DNA of 64,000 nucleotides from Candidatus Binatota bacterium (GTDB lineage Bacteria; Desulfobacterota; Binatia; UBA1149): positions 10,627-74,626 of the forward strand of contig DUBO01000038.1 in the NCBI GenBank assembly GCA_012960245.1, written 5' to 3'. The position numbers and the translations under genes were made by a program. The notes beneath the pieces are model-generated. The model was not told the DNA's origin, ran no database searches, and worked only from the letters and a program-made list of their open reading frames with translations. This document shows positions 10,002 through 20,900 of the stretch, piece after piece. Within the stretch, counting starts at the first letter, position 1, and each line of letters starts with the position of its first letter.

Positions 10002-10769
10002 TCAGCCGGCAGACCTCAGCTCAACGGTATCCACGCTCGCGCCTGCCGGGCGGGTGACGGCGTGCAACAGCGACTCGGCCACGGTCGAGGGCTGCATGGG
10101 AGCGCCGGCGAAGGCGAGGTAGCCTTGCTCGTCCCACAGCTCGATCGCGCGCGCGGCCTCGGCCGGATCCCAGTCTTCCATGAAACCACCGTCGGTGGCG
10201 CCCGACCTGAGCAGGGTCACGCGGATGTTGTCACCGCGCAACTCGGCCCGCAGGCCACGCGTAAACAACTCGAGTCCGGCCTTTGTGGCGGTGTAAGTCG
10301 ACAACAACGGAAACGGATTGAGCACCGCCTCCGAGCCTATGTTGACGATCTGCCCTCCACCCGATTTTTTCATAAGCGGCACAGCCTCACGGCTGCACAA
10401 CAGCGGGCCGCCCAGGTTGGTGTAAACGGTTGCGCGCAGGTCTTCGTCCGACGCGTTTTCTATTGAGTGCAGGCAGCCGATGGCAGCGTTGTTGACCAGC
10501 AGGTCGAGGCCGCCCATTTCGCGCGCCACGGTGACAAAAGCAGCGCGCACGCTGTCAGCATCGGCAACATCGGTCGGTACGGCCAGCGCCTGCGCGCCCA
10601 GCTCGGCGGCGACGCGCTCGAGTCGCTCACGTCCGCGGGCCAGCAAGGCCACCCTGGCGCCGGCATCAACAAGACAGCGGGCAACGGCTTCGCCAATTCC
10701 GCGCGAGGCTCCGGTGACGACCGCCACGCGGCCGGCAAGTTCAGCGGCAGTACTACCCTGAGCCGGCAT
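10002..10769 (-). CDS. SDR-family oxidoreductase
   Basis: TGASRGIG, NNAA, catalytic YTATK. Confidence 0.85.
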   Translation of the reverse strand: MPAQGSTAAELAGRVAVVTGASRGIGEAVARCLVDAGARVALLARGRERLERVAAELGAQALAVPTDVADADSVRAAFVTVAREMGGLDLLVNNAAIGCLHSIENASDEDLRATVYTNLGGPLLCSREAVPLMKKSGGGQIVNIGSEAVLNPFPLLSTYTATKAGLELFTRGLRAELRGDNIRVTLLRSGATDGGFMEDWDPAEAARAIELWDEQGYLAFAGAPMQPSTVAESLLHAVTRPAGASVDTVELRSAG

Positions 10770-10847
10770 GGCGGCCAGCATCCAGTCCCCCCGCGCCCAG
10801 TGCAAGCGCCGATGATACATGCTCCCTTGTGGGGGCTATCGAGCAGC

Positions 10848-11465
10848 TTACGCAGGCGGGCGCATAGTCACGCCGACGAGCGTGTTGAGAAAGTGCTCGA
10901 CCTGGTCGTCCGGCCGGCCGGCGAACTTCATCTGAACCAGCATGTGGGCCGAGCCGACCACCAACCTGGCGTCGTCGTCTGCGTCCACGTCGGCGGCGAC
11001 GCTGCCCTCGGCCTGCCCGCGCTCAATGGTGTCACGCATGATGGCCACGATCTCTTCCTGTAGCTCGAGGTAGCGCGGCCAGGTGTCCTCGCCCACCGCG
11101 GTGCTGTAGTCGAGCCACACGCGCGCCACGTCGGGACGGCGAGTGACACCTTCCACGAAGGCCCGAGCGTGACGGTGCACGACCTCCGGTGCCGGGCCAC
11201 CGCGGCCGTGAACGCTCTCGGCCATCTCGAGGAGAAAATCGGCCACCTCGCTGACCACCGCTTCCACCAGGCTTTCGCGGCTGGGAAAATAAACAAACAC
11301 CGTTGATACCGCGCAACCCGCCTGCTCGGCCACCTGGGAGTGGCCCGCGCGGCCCACTCCCAAACGAGCAAACACCGCTATGGCAGCCTCGAGGAGCTCT
11401 CTCCTGCGCTGTTCGGGAGACAATCGCCGGCGTTTTTTTGCGTTGTTTTGCACGATCCTTGACAC
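10848..11465 (-). CDS. TetR-family transcriptional regulator
   Basis: N-terminal HTH LSPEQRRRELLEAAIAVFARLGVGRAGHSQVAEQAGCAVSTVFVYF. Divergent from the diiron operon. Confidence 0.85.
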   Translation of the reverse strand: MSRIVQNNAKKRRRLSPEQRRRELLEAAIAVFARLGVGRAGHSQVAEQAGCAVSTVFVYFPSRESLVEAVVSEVADFLLEMAESVHGRGGPAPEVVHRHARAFVEGVTRRPDVARVWLDYSTAVGEDTWPRYLELQEEIVAIMRDTIERGQAEGSVAADVDADDDARLVVGSAHMLVQMKFAGRPDDQVEHFLNTLVGVTMRPPA

Positions 11466-11491
11466 GGTGGGCTCCAGTGGGGTACACTCTG

Positions 11492-11521
11492 ACGACTATT
11501 GAGTGATTTGTCAATAGTCGT
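11492..11521. promoter_or_regulatory. Perfect inverted repeat ACGACTATTGA-N8-TCAATAGTCGT in the tetR/diiron-oxygenase divergent intergenic region; probable TetR operator
   Basis: Read directly: gacgactattgagtgatttgtcaatagtcgtt. 11-bp arms are exact reverse complements. Confidence 0.65.
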
Positions 11522-11577
11522 TGTAAGCGAAGCGCCCGGGCAGCAAGCTGCCCGTGAGAGCAAAAACAGGAGCCACC

Positions 11578-12768
11578 ATGAGCAAGCCAGCCGCCAGTCC
11601 CACTGACCTCAAGCCCCTGCCCCCCGAACACGCCGTGCCCGAAGAAAGCTTGGAGTCTTACGAGCTGGCCTTCGGCCAACAGATGAACACCTGGGCCGAG
11701 ATACTGGAGGAAAACCACGAACGTCTTCACGCCGGAAGATTCTCGCTGCACTGGATGGAGACCGACAAGGCTAACTGGGGCCGGCGGGCAAAACCGTCGT
11801 CGCGCGGCATGACCTACACCGACACGAACCGGGTCGAACCTTACGGGCAGATGCCCGAGAAGGCCGACTGGCTCAACTTTGCACCGCGCGGTTCGGTACG
11901 CGAGCCCTACGCGGACCGCATGCCCGTGGTCTCTGCTTACGATGTCGTCGATCGCAACGAGCTGTGGGCCGAAAACGTCATCACCCTCTACGAAGAGGCC
12001 AAGGCCAGGCAGTGGAACGCCACACGCGACATTCCCTGGGACGAGCTCGAGCCCCTGCCCGATGACCTCGAGAAGGCCACCTGCCAGTTGTGTACCTTCC
12101 TGACCGAAGTCGAGTTCGTGGCCGGTGACTTCCCGGCCAAGTGGTTGTACCGCATTCCCCAGGACTTTCTCGAGGTCAAGAGTTTTCTCGCCACCCAGTT
12201 GATGGACGAGGCCCGCCACCAGGAGGTATTCCGCAAGCGCGCGATTGCCGGCGGTGGCCTGCTGCATGCCTCGCCGGGATTCGAGTGGGCGCTCAAGGCC
12301 ATCATGGAAGCACCATCGCACACCATGGGTACCTTCCTGCTGAACCTGCTCGGCGAGGGCCTGGTTCTGTCCATATTCCGCTCGGGCGAAATGATAGCCA
12401 AGACCCACGTGGACAAGGAAATCTTTCGCCGTTGCTTGCAGGATGAGGCCCGCCACGTGAGCTACGGCGTCATGGAACTCAAGAACCACCTCGACAACGT
12501 GCCCGATCGCGACGCGGCGCTTGAAGACATGCACCGTTTTGCCGACGTGGGGGAGATGGTGATTCTCACCGCCTTTACCGAGGCCGCGCTGGTGGAACCG
12601 CTGTCCATACTCCTGGGAGGCGGGCTCGACCGCATAGAGCAGGGGCTGGAGCAGGCCGGTGCCCTGTGGGGCGACTTCATCGAGGAGTACCTCGGTCGCT
12701 GCCAACGCGCCGGCTTCGATCGCAGCGAGCGCTGCGGCATTCCGATCCAGGCACCGTGGTTGCAGTAA
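11578..12768 (+). CDS. Ferritin-like diiron-carboxylate oxygenase (AurF/DUF-type diiron protein)
   Basis: Two ExxH motifs (DEARHQEVF, DEARHVSYG) plus additional Glu ligands (TEVEFVAGD). RBS aggagccacc before ATG 11578. Confidence 0.6.
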   Translation: MSKPAASPTDLKPLPPEHAVPEESLESYELAFGQQMNTWAEILEENHERLHAGRFSLHWMETDKANWGRRAKPSSRGMTYTDTNRVEPYGQMPEKADWLNFAPRGSVREPYADRMPVVSAYDVVDRNELWAENVITLYEEAKARQWNATRDIPWDELEPLPDDLEKATCQLCTFLTEVEFVAGDFPAKWLYRIPQDFLEVKSFLATQLMDEARHQEVFRKRAIAGGGLLHASPGFEWALKAIMEAPSHTMGTFLLNLLGEGLVLSIFRSGEMIAKTHVDKEIFRRCLQDEARHVSYGVMELKNHLDNVPDRDAALEDMHRFADVGEMVILTAFTEAALVEPLSILLGGGLDRIEQGLEQAGALWGDFIEEYLGRCQRAGFDRSERCGIPIQAPWLQ

Positions 12769-13259
12769 TGCCCGAGCCGCAGCAACAGGGCCGCGCTGCC
12801 GCCGGGACGGCCAACGCTATAGAGTTCCCCTCGCTCGCGTGGTTCGAGCGCCTGGCCGCGATGATGAACGACAACCGCGCGCGGCAGGAAAAACTCGGCT
12901 ACACGGATTGCGTGGCCGGCTTCTCGGTGACCGGTACCGAAGCGCTGACCGTGCAGGTGAGCTTTGATGAGTTCGAAGCAGTGGACGTGCGCGTGGTCGA
13001 CGCGAGCGAAGCCTCGCGTGCCGACTTCACGCTGGAGGCCGATCTCGCGACCTGGCAGGCGATGATAGAAAGCATCGCCGCGGGCGAAGGTCGCCCTGCC
13101 CTCGACCAGACGCTCAACCGCCTGAGCCACATGGGCACGCCCCTGCGCCTGAGCTCGGACGACCCCCTGCGACGCGACATGTACTTTCGTTTCAACCAGA
13201 GCCTGCAGGAGTTTTTTAACGCTTCGGCGAGCTTCGAGACCAGCTTTCCCGCGTCCTGA
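12768..13259 (+). CDS. SCP2/sterol-carrier-like small protein (hypothetical)
   Basis: TAATG stop/start overlap with the upstream diiron gene. ~160 aa with SCP2-like C-terminal region. No catalytic motifs. Confidence 0.45.
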   Translation: MPEPQQQGRAAAGTANAIEFPSLAWFERLAAMMNDNRARQEKLGYTDCVAGFSVTGTEALTVQVSFDEFEAVDVRVVDASEASRADFTLEADLATWQAMIESIAAGEGRPALDQTLNRLSHMGTPLRLSSDDPLRRDMYFRFNQSLQEFFNASASFETSFPAS

Positions 13260-13270
13260 GCCTGTTACTC

Positions 13271-13561
13271 ATGCCCCGCCGACACGGACACTACTACGTA
13301 GACGACACCTGCATTGGTTGCGGCGCCTGCGATCACGCCTGCCCGGGCAAGGTGGAGGCGGTCTACGAGGTTCCCGGCGATTTTCTGGGCCGTTTCGCCA
13401 TCGTGGTCGAGGAGTGCATAGACTGCGACCTCTGCGTGCCGCTGTGCCCGGTCGACTGCATACACGACGCCCGCAACGAGGGCATAGCCAGCAAAGATGG
13501 CGACCTCGAGCAGATCAATAAACTCCAGTCCTGGGCAGAAGCCCGTCCCCAGCCGCTGTAA
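13271..13561 (+). CDS. 2x[4Fe-4S] ferredoxin
   Basis: CIGCGACDHACP and CIDCDLCVPLCP cluster-binding motifs. Confidence 0.85.
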   Translation: MPRRHGHYYVDDTCIGCGACDHACPGKVEAVYEVPGDFLGRFAIVVEECIDCDLCVPLCPVDCIHDARNEGIASKDGDLEQINKLQSWAEARPQPL

Positions 13562-13651
13562 CGCGCGCTTTTTTCAGCGCGGCGGTACGGCTAGATTCCG
13601 CAGGCTCACGCTGCGCGAAATCGCGCTCCGCGAAACCACAGGGGGTTACCT

Positions 13652-15883
13652 TTGCCGATGAACAAATTCTATACAGCCATTGCCTGCGTCCTGTTGCTTA
13701 CCGCCTGCGGGCAACACGAGGGCCCGGGCAGCATAGAAGGCGCGGGCCAGCCCGACTCCATGGCAGCCGACAAGACGGCCCGCCAGGCGGCGACCGCCAA
13801 TGTCCTGGCCAACCGTGCGAAAGCCGGTGCAACAGACAAGCAGATCCTGTTCGGCGACCTGCACGTACACTCCACCTTTTCGGCCGACGCTTTCATGATG
13901 AGCCTGCCCATCCTCCAGGGCGAAGGCGCGCACCCGGTGGCCGACGCCTGCGACTTTGCGCGCTACTGCTCCAACCTCGACTTCTGGAGCATCAACGACC
14001 ACGCCGAGGCCATCACGCCCCTGCGCTGGAAGGAAACCACCGACACCATTCGCCAGTGTAACGAGTTGGCCGGTGACCCCGACAACCCCGACGTGGTGGC
14101 CTACCTGGGCTGGGAGTGGACGCAGATAGGCTTCACCCGCGACACGCACTACGGCCACAAGAACGTCATCCTGCGTGACCTCGACGACGGCATGATCCCC
14201 ACCCGGCCCATACACGCGGGCGGCCTCGCCGGACAAGGCATGCGCACCCGGCAGAGTTTTCTGCAGCGTTGGTTCCCGGTCGTCGCCGACCTCCCCAACG
14301 CCCAGCGCTACCTCAACGCCAACACCTTCCAGGAAGAAATCGGCGAGACTCCCATCTGCGCTGACGGCGTAGACACGCGCGAGCTGCCACCGGACTGCTC
14401 CGAAGAAGCGGTCTCACCCGACGTGCTCTACGAAAAACTCGCGCAGTGGGGACACGAGTCCATTGTTATTCCCCACGGCACCACCTGGGGCCTGTATTCG
14501 CCGCCCGGCTCGAGCTGGGACAAGCAACTGTCCGGAACCATGCACGACGCCGATCGGCAGACCCTGATCGAGGTCTTCTCGGGCCACGGCAACAGCGAAG
14601 AGTACCGCTCGTGGCGAGCCGCTGATATCGAACAGGAAGGAGCCGATGCCTGCCCAGCGCCCGAACCCGGCTTCGAGGCCTGCTGCTGGCGCGCCGGCGA
14701 AATCATCGGCGATCTCTGCGATAACCGGGATTCGGACGAGTGCCGCGAGAAGATAGTCGAGGCCCGCGCCAACTACCTGGCCGCGAGCCCATCGGGACGA
14801 CTGACAATCCCGTGGGCGCCGCTGGTCGAGTGGGGCAACTGCGACGAATGCAGCGACTGTTTCATACCCTCGATGGGTTACCGCCCGGCCAGCTCGGCCC
14901 AGTACATCATGGCGATTTCGAACTTCGAGGACGAAGACAAGGAGCCACGACGATTTCGCTTCGGCTTCATGGCGTCGAGCGACAACCACACCGCCCGCCC
15001 CGGTACCGGCTTCAAGGAATTTGACCGGCAGGCCAACACCGAGGCCGCCGGCGCCCGCGACGAGACCTGGGCCAAGCGCTTGATGCCCAGCTACCTCGCC
15101 CCGGCAGGCGACCGCTCCCAGCAGGTCACGCCGGGCGACCCGGCCGCCATGCGTACGCAGATCGTCGACTTCGAACGACAGGCGTCGTTCTTCATGACCG
15201 GTGGCCTGGTGGCCGTGCACTCCCCGGCGCGTGATCGCGGAGCGATATGGGACTCGATGGCACGCCGCGAGATCTACGGCACCAGCGGCCCGCGCATACT
15301 GCTCTGGTTTGACCTCCTCAACGGCCCCGACGGCGAGGTGCTGCCCATGGGCAGTGAACTCGAGCTGGCCAACAACCCGCGCCTGCGCGTGCGCGCAGCC
15401 GGTAGCTTTGAGCAGACCGAGGGCTGCCCCGAAGAATCACTGTCGGCCCTGTCACCCGAGCGACTGGCCTACCTCTGCCGTGGCGAGTGCTACAACCCGG
15501 GCGAAAAACGCCGGCAGATAACCCGCATAGACGTGGTGCGCATCAGGCCGCAGGAATCGCCCGACGAGGACGTGGCCGACCTCATCGACGACCCCTGGCG
15601 CAGTTTTGACTGCCCGGCCGACGCCGACGGCTGCACGGTAGAGTTCGACGACCCCGAGTTCCTGGGCAGCGGCCGCGAGGCGCTCTACTACGCGCGCGCC
15701 ATCGAAGAGCCCACGCCCACGGTGAACGCCGGCGGATCGCGGTGCGAATTTGACGAGCAGGGCGACTGCAAGCCCGACCCCTGCTACGGCGACTACCGCA
15801 CCGACTACGACGACGACTGCCTGGAGCCGGCCGCCCACCGCGCCTGGTCGTCGCCGATATTCCTGACGCCGGCGGGCAGCTGA
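13652..15883 (+). CDS. DUF3604-family lipoprotein (PHP-like metal-binding N-terminus) with Cys-rich acidic C-terminus
   Basis: Lipobox LLLTACG. FGDLHVHSTFSADA motif characteristic of DUF3604. C-terminal CxxC/acidic segment. Confidence 0.6.
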   Translation: MPMNKFYTAIACVLLLTACGQHEGPGSIEGAGQPDSMAADKTARQAATANVLANRAKAGATDKQILFGDLHVHSTFSADAFMMSLPILQGEGAHPVADACDFARYCSNLDFWSINDHAEAITPLRWKETTDTIRQCNELAGDPDNPDVVAYLGWEWTQIGFTRDTHYGHKNVILRDLDDGMIPTRPIHAGGLAGQGMRTRQSFLQRWFPVVADLPNAQRYLNANTFQEEIGETPICADGVDTRELPPDCSEEAVSPDVLYEKLAQWGHESIVIPHGTTWGLYSPPGSSWDKQLSGTMHDADRQTLIEVFSGHGNSEEYRSWRAADIEQEGADACPAPEPGFEACCWRAGEIIGDLCDNRDSDECREKIVEARANYLAASPSGRLTIPWAPLVEWGNCDECSDCFIPSMGYRPASSAQYIMAISNFEDEDKEPRRFRFGFMASSDNHTARPGTGFKEFDRQANTEAAGARDETWAKRLMPSYLAPAGDRSQQVTPGDPAAMRTQIVDFERQASFFMTGGLVAVHSPARDRGAIWDSMARREIYGTSGPRILLWFDLLNGPDGEVLPMGSELELANNPRLRVRAAGSFEQTEGCPEESLSALSPERLAYLCRGECYNPGEKRRQITRIDVVRIRPQESPDEDVADLIDDPWRSFDCPADADGCTVEFDDPEFLGSGREALYYARAIEEPTPTVNAGGSRCEFDEQGDCKPDPCYGDYRTDYDDDCLEPAAHRAWSSPIFLTPAGS

Positions 15884-15914
15884 GAGCGGGAGTAGCTGAA
15901 AGCGAGGCCGGCGG

Positions 15915-16583
15915 TCAGAGCTTGCGCGCCAGCAGCAGGCCGTCGGCCACGCTTATCATCACTGCTTCAACGCGCGGGTCGGCGACCACGGCATCGTTCA
16001 GTTCGCGGATTGCTACCGTGTCTTCGGTCTGGTCCTTTTCGCGCGCCACCTGCCCCAGCCACAGCACGTTGTCGAACACGATCAACCCTCCCGCGCGCAT
16101 GCGCGGCAACAACTGCTCGTAGTAGTCGCGGTAGCCGGTCTTGTCGGCATCGATGAAGGCAAAGTCAATGTCGGCTTCTTCGGGCAATGCGCGCAGGGTT
16201 TCGGCGGCAGGCGCGATACACAGCTCTATGGTGTCGTCCAACCCGGCGCGCGTGAAGTAGCGACGGGCCATCGAGGTCCATTCCTCGCTCACGTCGCAAC
16301 AGAGCAGGCTGCCCCCCGGCGCGAGCCCACTGGCGATACAGATCGCGCTGTAGCCGGTAAAGGTACCCACTTCGACTGCCTTGCGGGCACCCATCAAGCG
16401 CACGAGCATGGTCAACAGGGCTCCCTGGTCGGGCGCTATCTGCATCATCGAGATGTCGCCCATGGCCAGGGTCTCCTCGGCCAGCTCTTCGAGCAGCGAG
16501 CGGTGCCCGGAGTCGTGCCCGCTGCGATGTGCGCACAGGTATTCGTACAGTCCCTCGCTGAGCGGCGTCGGCAGAAGGCTCAT
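15915..16583 (-). CDS. Class I SAM-dependent O-methyltransferase (family 3, caffeoyl-CoA OMT-like)
   Basis: VEVGTFTGYSAICIA SAM motif, DADKTGY, LIVFDNVLW. Confidence 0.8.
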   Translation of the reverse strand: MSLLPTPLSEGLYEYLCAHRSGHDSGHRSLLEELAEETLAMGDISMMQIAPDQGALLTMLVRLMGARKAVEVGTFTGYSAICIASGLAPGGSLLCCDVSEEWTSMARRYFTRAGLDDTIELCIAPAAETLRALPEEADIDFAFIDADKTGYRDYYEQLLPRMRAGGLIVFDNVLWLGQVAREKDQTEDTVAIRELNDAVVADPRVEAVMISVADGLLLARKL

Positions 16584-17431
16584 CCCATGCCCCCCCCTTC
16601 ACCGTCGCGCTTTCGCCGGGCCGCGGCGCGGGCGCTCTCCACGACGTCTTCGGGGACCGGCTCCATCCAGCTCATGCCCTTGAGCATGAGTGACGGGAGG
16701 AGAAACCTCATCCAGCGGGCGGCGAGCAGCTGCGGACTGTAGCGCGGAGCGACCACCTCGCGCAGCTTGTTCTCAATGCACCCGAGGATGGCATCCACCA
16801 CTATTGACGGCGGGTGCAGGTTGCCGCTGTAGGCACTGTGACTTTCGTCCTTGTCCCAGATCTCGGTATCGATGGGCCCCGGTATGACCAGTCCCGCGTG
16901 GATGCCCGACCCCGCCAGGTCGGTCCATAGCCCCTCGGTAAAACCATCCATTGCCGCCTTTGAAGCCGTGTAGGCAGTCTCGCGCGGCGGCGCGACCTGG
17001 GCGGCAAACGAAGACACGTTTACTATCCACGCCTCGCCCAGCAACAGCATGTGGGGAATAGCCGCCAGCGTGGTCCACACGCTCGACATGAAGTTAACCC
17101 GCATCACCATCTCCACGTCTTCGGGCGTAACATCGTAGATATGTTTGTGAATGGGGATGCCCGCGTTGTTGACCAGGATGTCGAGCCGACCGAAGCGACG
17201 AGCGCTGTCGTTTACCACGTGCTCGGCGAAGGCGCGCTCACCGAGATCGCCGACCATGAAGGTGGAATCCGACGCGTGCCGTTGGCAGCGGCTGGTGAGT
17301 TCCTCGAGCTCGGCCTGCCGGCGCGCAACACCCACCACGGTGCAACCACGCTCGGCCAGTGCCAGGGCCGCCTGGTAGCCTATGCCCGACGAAGCACCCG
17401 TGACCACCGCAACCTTTCCCCTGTAGTTCAT
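16580..17431 (-). CDS. SDR-family oxidoreductase
   Basis: TGASSGIG, NNAG, YTASK. ATGA overlap with the methyltransferase. Confidence 0.85.
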   Translation of the reverse strand: MNYRGKVAVVTGASSGIGYQAALALAERGCTVVGVARRQAELEELTSRCQRHASDSTFMVGDLGERAFAEHVVNDSARRFGRLDILVNNAGIPIHKHIYDVTPEDVEMVMRVNFMSSVWTTLAAIPHMLLLGEAWIVNVSSFAAQVAPPRETAYTASKAAMDGFTEGLWTDLAGSGIHAGLVIPGPIDTEIWDKDESHSAYSGNLHPPSIVVDAILGCIENKLREVVAPRYSPQLLAARWMRFLLPSLMLKGMSWMEPVPEDVVESARAAARRKRDGEGGGMG

Positions 17432-17789
17432 CCTGTAAGCCTCTCTGTCGGTGGCAACCGTTGCGCTGCGGCTGCTCGCCCATTGGGTATACGCTCAGCC
17501 GTGGCCCTGCAACCGCGACACTTCACCCCCTTATGCAGGGGTCGGGGCCATGCGGCTGATACACAGCCGACGCCTTGCTCTTCAACGAAAAGAAGTCCCT
17601 TTGCCACCCGCTGGCCGCCAGATCCCCCTCCACGAGCTGGCGCCCGTTGACAGGTGCCGGTTGCTGCCGCTCAACTGGACAATGAGCGGGGTCTACGGGG
17701 GCCGAAGCGGGAGGATCTCCAGCCGGCCCTCCCACGGCCCACTGCAAACCAGGCTTGGCAGCAAGCAGCCGGATGCTACGGCAGGTGAA

Positions 17790-17812
17790 AACCCAGCTTA
17801 GCGGCTACAGTG
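17790..17812. promoter_or_regulatory. Copy C of a recurrent upstream element (aaacccagCTTAGCGGctacag), ~60 bp upstream of a sigma-54-type promoter
   Basis: 16/17-nt match to copy B (aaacccagGTTAGCGctcgaag). Same spacing to the -24 box as copies A, B and D. Confidence 0.45.
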
Positions 17813-17866
17813 CCGGAGCATGGACGCCCGGCGGGTAGTAGCGCCTCGCGGCGCTTGTGTCGGATG

Positions 17867-17882
17867 CGGCACAGCGATTGCA
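17867..17882 (+). promoter_or_regulatory. Sigma-54-type promoter (cGGCAC-agcga-TTGCa) for the FG-GAP/Cys-repeat gene
   Basis: GG-N10-GC spacing. 66 bp upstream of ATG 17948. Confidence 0.5.
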
Positions 17883-17947
17883 ACGTTAAAGGAAAAGAAT
17901 ACAGCGGCGGGAGCCTTACAGGGGCCCCTGCCGGGGGGACAGATAAC

Positions 17948-20900
17948 ATGACCACTGAATACCATTCATCGATTTACCGCAGCGATCCCATGGGCCCAGG
18001 CGCCGCTTGCGTCGCAGTGCGGGGTTTTTCTTTGCTCGCGCTGGCAGTGCTTGCCATCACGCTGACAGCCCAGCAGGCCCAGGCGGTACCGGCCGAGGTC
18101 TCGGCCCAGGCCGTGAGCGGCCACGATTACCTGGGCGGTGGCGCGCTGGCCACCGATTCGGGCCGCGGCGTGGCCGTGGGCGATCTTGACGCTGACGGCT
18201 TTGACGACATCGCCATAGGCGTGCCCGGCAGCGACCACGTGTGCCTTGTACGCGGGCCCATCGCCATGGGAGCAGCGCCCGAAGACGTGAGCGTGCTTTG
18301 CAAAGCCGGCGCCGTCGCGCCCAACGCCTTCCGCATCAACGCACCCACGGCCTTGACGGGCAGCGGCGGTTTTGGCCTGGGCCTTGAGATTGCCGACATC
18401 GACTGCGACGGGCAGAACGACCTCATCATCGGTGACCCACTGGCCGATCCGGTGGCCGGCCTCGCGGGTGGAGTAAAGGTTGATGGCGGTGCCATCCACG
18501 TGCTGCACAAGTCGGCGGGACTTGTGTGGGGACAGGAAATATTTGCCGATAACTGGCGCCTGTACACCGGGGGCAACGGCTACTCGATAATGAGCGGTGG
18601 CGCGCAACTGGAAATGTTCGGCTACCCGGCAGCCGGCGATATAGACAACGACGGACTGGTCGACCTCGTGGTCGGCGCACCCATACACCGCCACGGATTC
18701 GCCCGCGCTGGACGCGTGTACCTGCTTGGAACCGCGGCCGTGGTCGAGTTCAACTTCTGCGCCAACGGCCCCATCAACAATCCCGTCTCCCAGCCCTTGA
18801 GCATCATGGACGGCGCGCCGGCCTGTGGCGGCTCCTGCTCCTGCGTCGCTTCGGCCTGCATCGACATGAAGAAAGACGACGCCTGGTTCGGCCAGGGCAT
18901 TGACGTGGCCGACGTCAATGCCGACGGCATCGACGACCTCGTGGTCGGGTCTCCCAGCGACGGCGTGGCGGTGGAATCGCGCGTGTACATCAAGTACGGA
19001 CCCATAGCGGCTTCGCCCGCGGTCTACCCGGTGGACTTTCCCTCGCCTTATTCCAGCGCCGACAGTTGCATAGGAGACGGCGACGCGGCGTTTGATCGCC
19101 TCGGCACAGACCTGGCCGCCGCCGACTACGACGGTGACGGTAAGCTCGAACTCTACATTGGCGCGCCCTTGTATTCCGGAGGCGGAATGGTCCAGAACGG
19201 CGGCGTCTTTGCGCTGACGGGCGGAAACTACGGCGCCCTGACCACGTCCATATCCACCGCACCCGTGGTCTGGTACGGCAAGGTCAACGACGGTAATCTC
19301 GGCTGGGGCGTAGACCTCGGCGACCTCGATGACGACGGCGCCCTCGATCTCTCGGTTGGCGGCTCGGGCATAGGCGACCCCAACGGCAGCACGCACGTAA
19401 TAAAAGAACCCGCCCCCGACCCCTGCCTGACCCTGGTGTGCAATGACGCCAACGAGTGCACCTCGGACTCCTGCGCGCTGGGCGCCTGCGTGTTCACGCC
19501 GGTGGCCAACGGTACTGCCTGCACCGACGACGGACTTTACTGCACTGGCACCGAGACCTGCCAGGCGGCGGTCTGCACCAGCGCCGGCGACCCCTGCGCG
19601 GGTGGCGCCGAATGCGACGACAGTTGCGACGAAGCAGCTAACAGCTGCGCGGTGGCGGTGAATACAGCCTGCACCAGCGACGGCAACGAATGCACCGACG
19701 ACGCGTGCGACGGCACGGGCGCCTGCGCGCATCCGGCCGTGGCCAACGACACTGTCTGCACCGACGACGGACTTTACTGTACTGGTTCAGAATCCTGCCA
19801 GGCTGGAGCCTGCACCAGCGATGGCGACCCCTGCGTCGGTGGCGCCGAGTGCGCCGACAGTTGCGACGAGGCGGCCAACAGCTGTGACGTGAGTGCGGGA
19901 ACAGCCTGCACGAACGACGGCAACGAATGCACCGACGACCAGTGCGACGGAGCGGGCGCCTGCGCGCATTCGGCCGTAGCCAACGGAACGGCCTGCTCGG
20001 ACGACGGGCTTTACTGCACGGGCACCGAGACCTGCCAGGCCGCGTCCTGCACCAGCGCCGGCGACCCCTGCGCGGGTGGCGCCGAGTGCGCCGACAGTTG
20101 CGACGAGGCGGCCAACAGCTGCGACGTGAGCGCTGGCACCGCCTGCATCGATGACGGCAACGAGTGCACCGACGACGAGTGCGACGGCGCGGGCGCCTGC
20201 GCGCATCCGGCCCTGGCCAACGGAACGGCCTGCTCGGACGACGGGCTTTACTGCACGGGCATTGAGACCTGCCAGGCCGCGGTCTGCACCGGCGCCGGTG
20301 ACCCCTGTTCAGGGCTGGGCGTGTGCTTCAGCTGTGACGAGGCCGCCGATAGCTGCGACGACACCGACGCCGACGGCGACCTGATCTGTGGTCCCGATGA
20401 CAACTGCGCCGCCGAGTACAACCCGGACCAGCTCAACAGTGACTGTCCCCCTGGAGGCACCGACACCGGCTTCGGTGGCATAGACTGCTCGGCTCCCCTG
20501 GGCGCCAACGAAGCGGGCTGCTGTGACGGTGGCGATGTATGCGACGCCTGCCCGGCCAACAACGACAACTCGAAGTGCGACGCCGGCCTGTCGGGCGGCG
20601 AGAGCATCGGGGCCGCAGGAGGCAGCTTCAGCCTCGGTGGCTGTCTAAGCGTAACCATCCCTGCCGGCGCCCTGGCGGCCGACACCAGTATCTCTGTGTC
20701 CACAGGGCTCAACGCTTCGACCAACCCGCTGATAGGCGGCGACCCGATCAAGCTGAAGAAGGCCGGTGGATCGTCAGTTCACAAGTACATAATACTGCCG
20801 CACGGACAGTCATTCCTCGTGCCCATCACGCTGGGATTCTGCTGGGACGACGCCGATAACGATGGCACGGTTGACCTCGGGACCTGTGATCTCGACGCGT

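Noticed and set aside
13562-13600. cgcgcgc-ttttttca-gcgcg hairpin after the ferredoxin as a terminator
   Set aside because: Weak 5-bp stem with the T-run inside the loop rather than after the stem.
17786-17800. TGGCAgcaagcaGCC as a possible sigma-54 site
   Set aside because: Wrong -12 context (AG instead of TTGC). The better site is at 17867-17882.
17451-17801. 116-aa ORF inside the 500-bp region upstream of the FG-GAP gene
   Set aside because: No RBS or motif. The region instead contains the recurrent upstream element and a sigma-54-like promoter.
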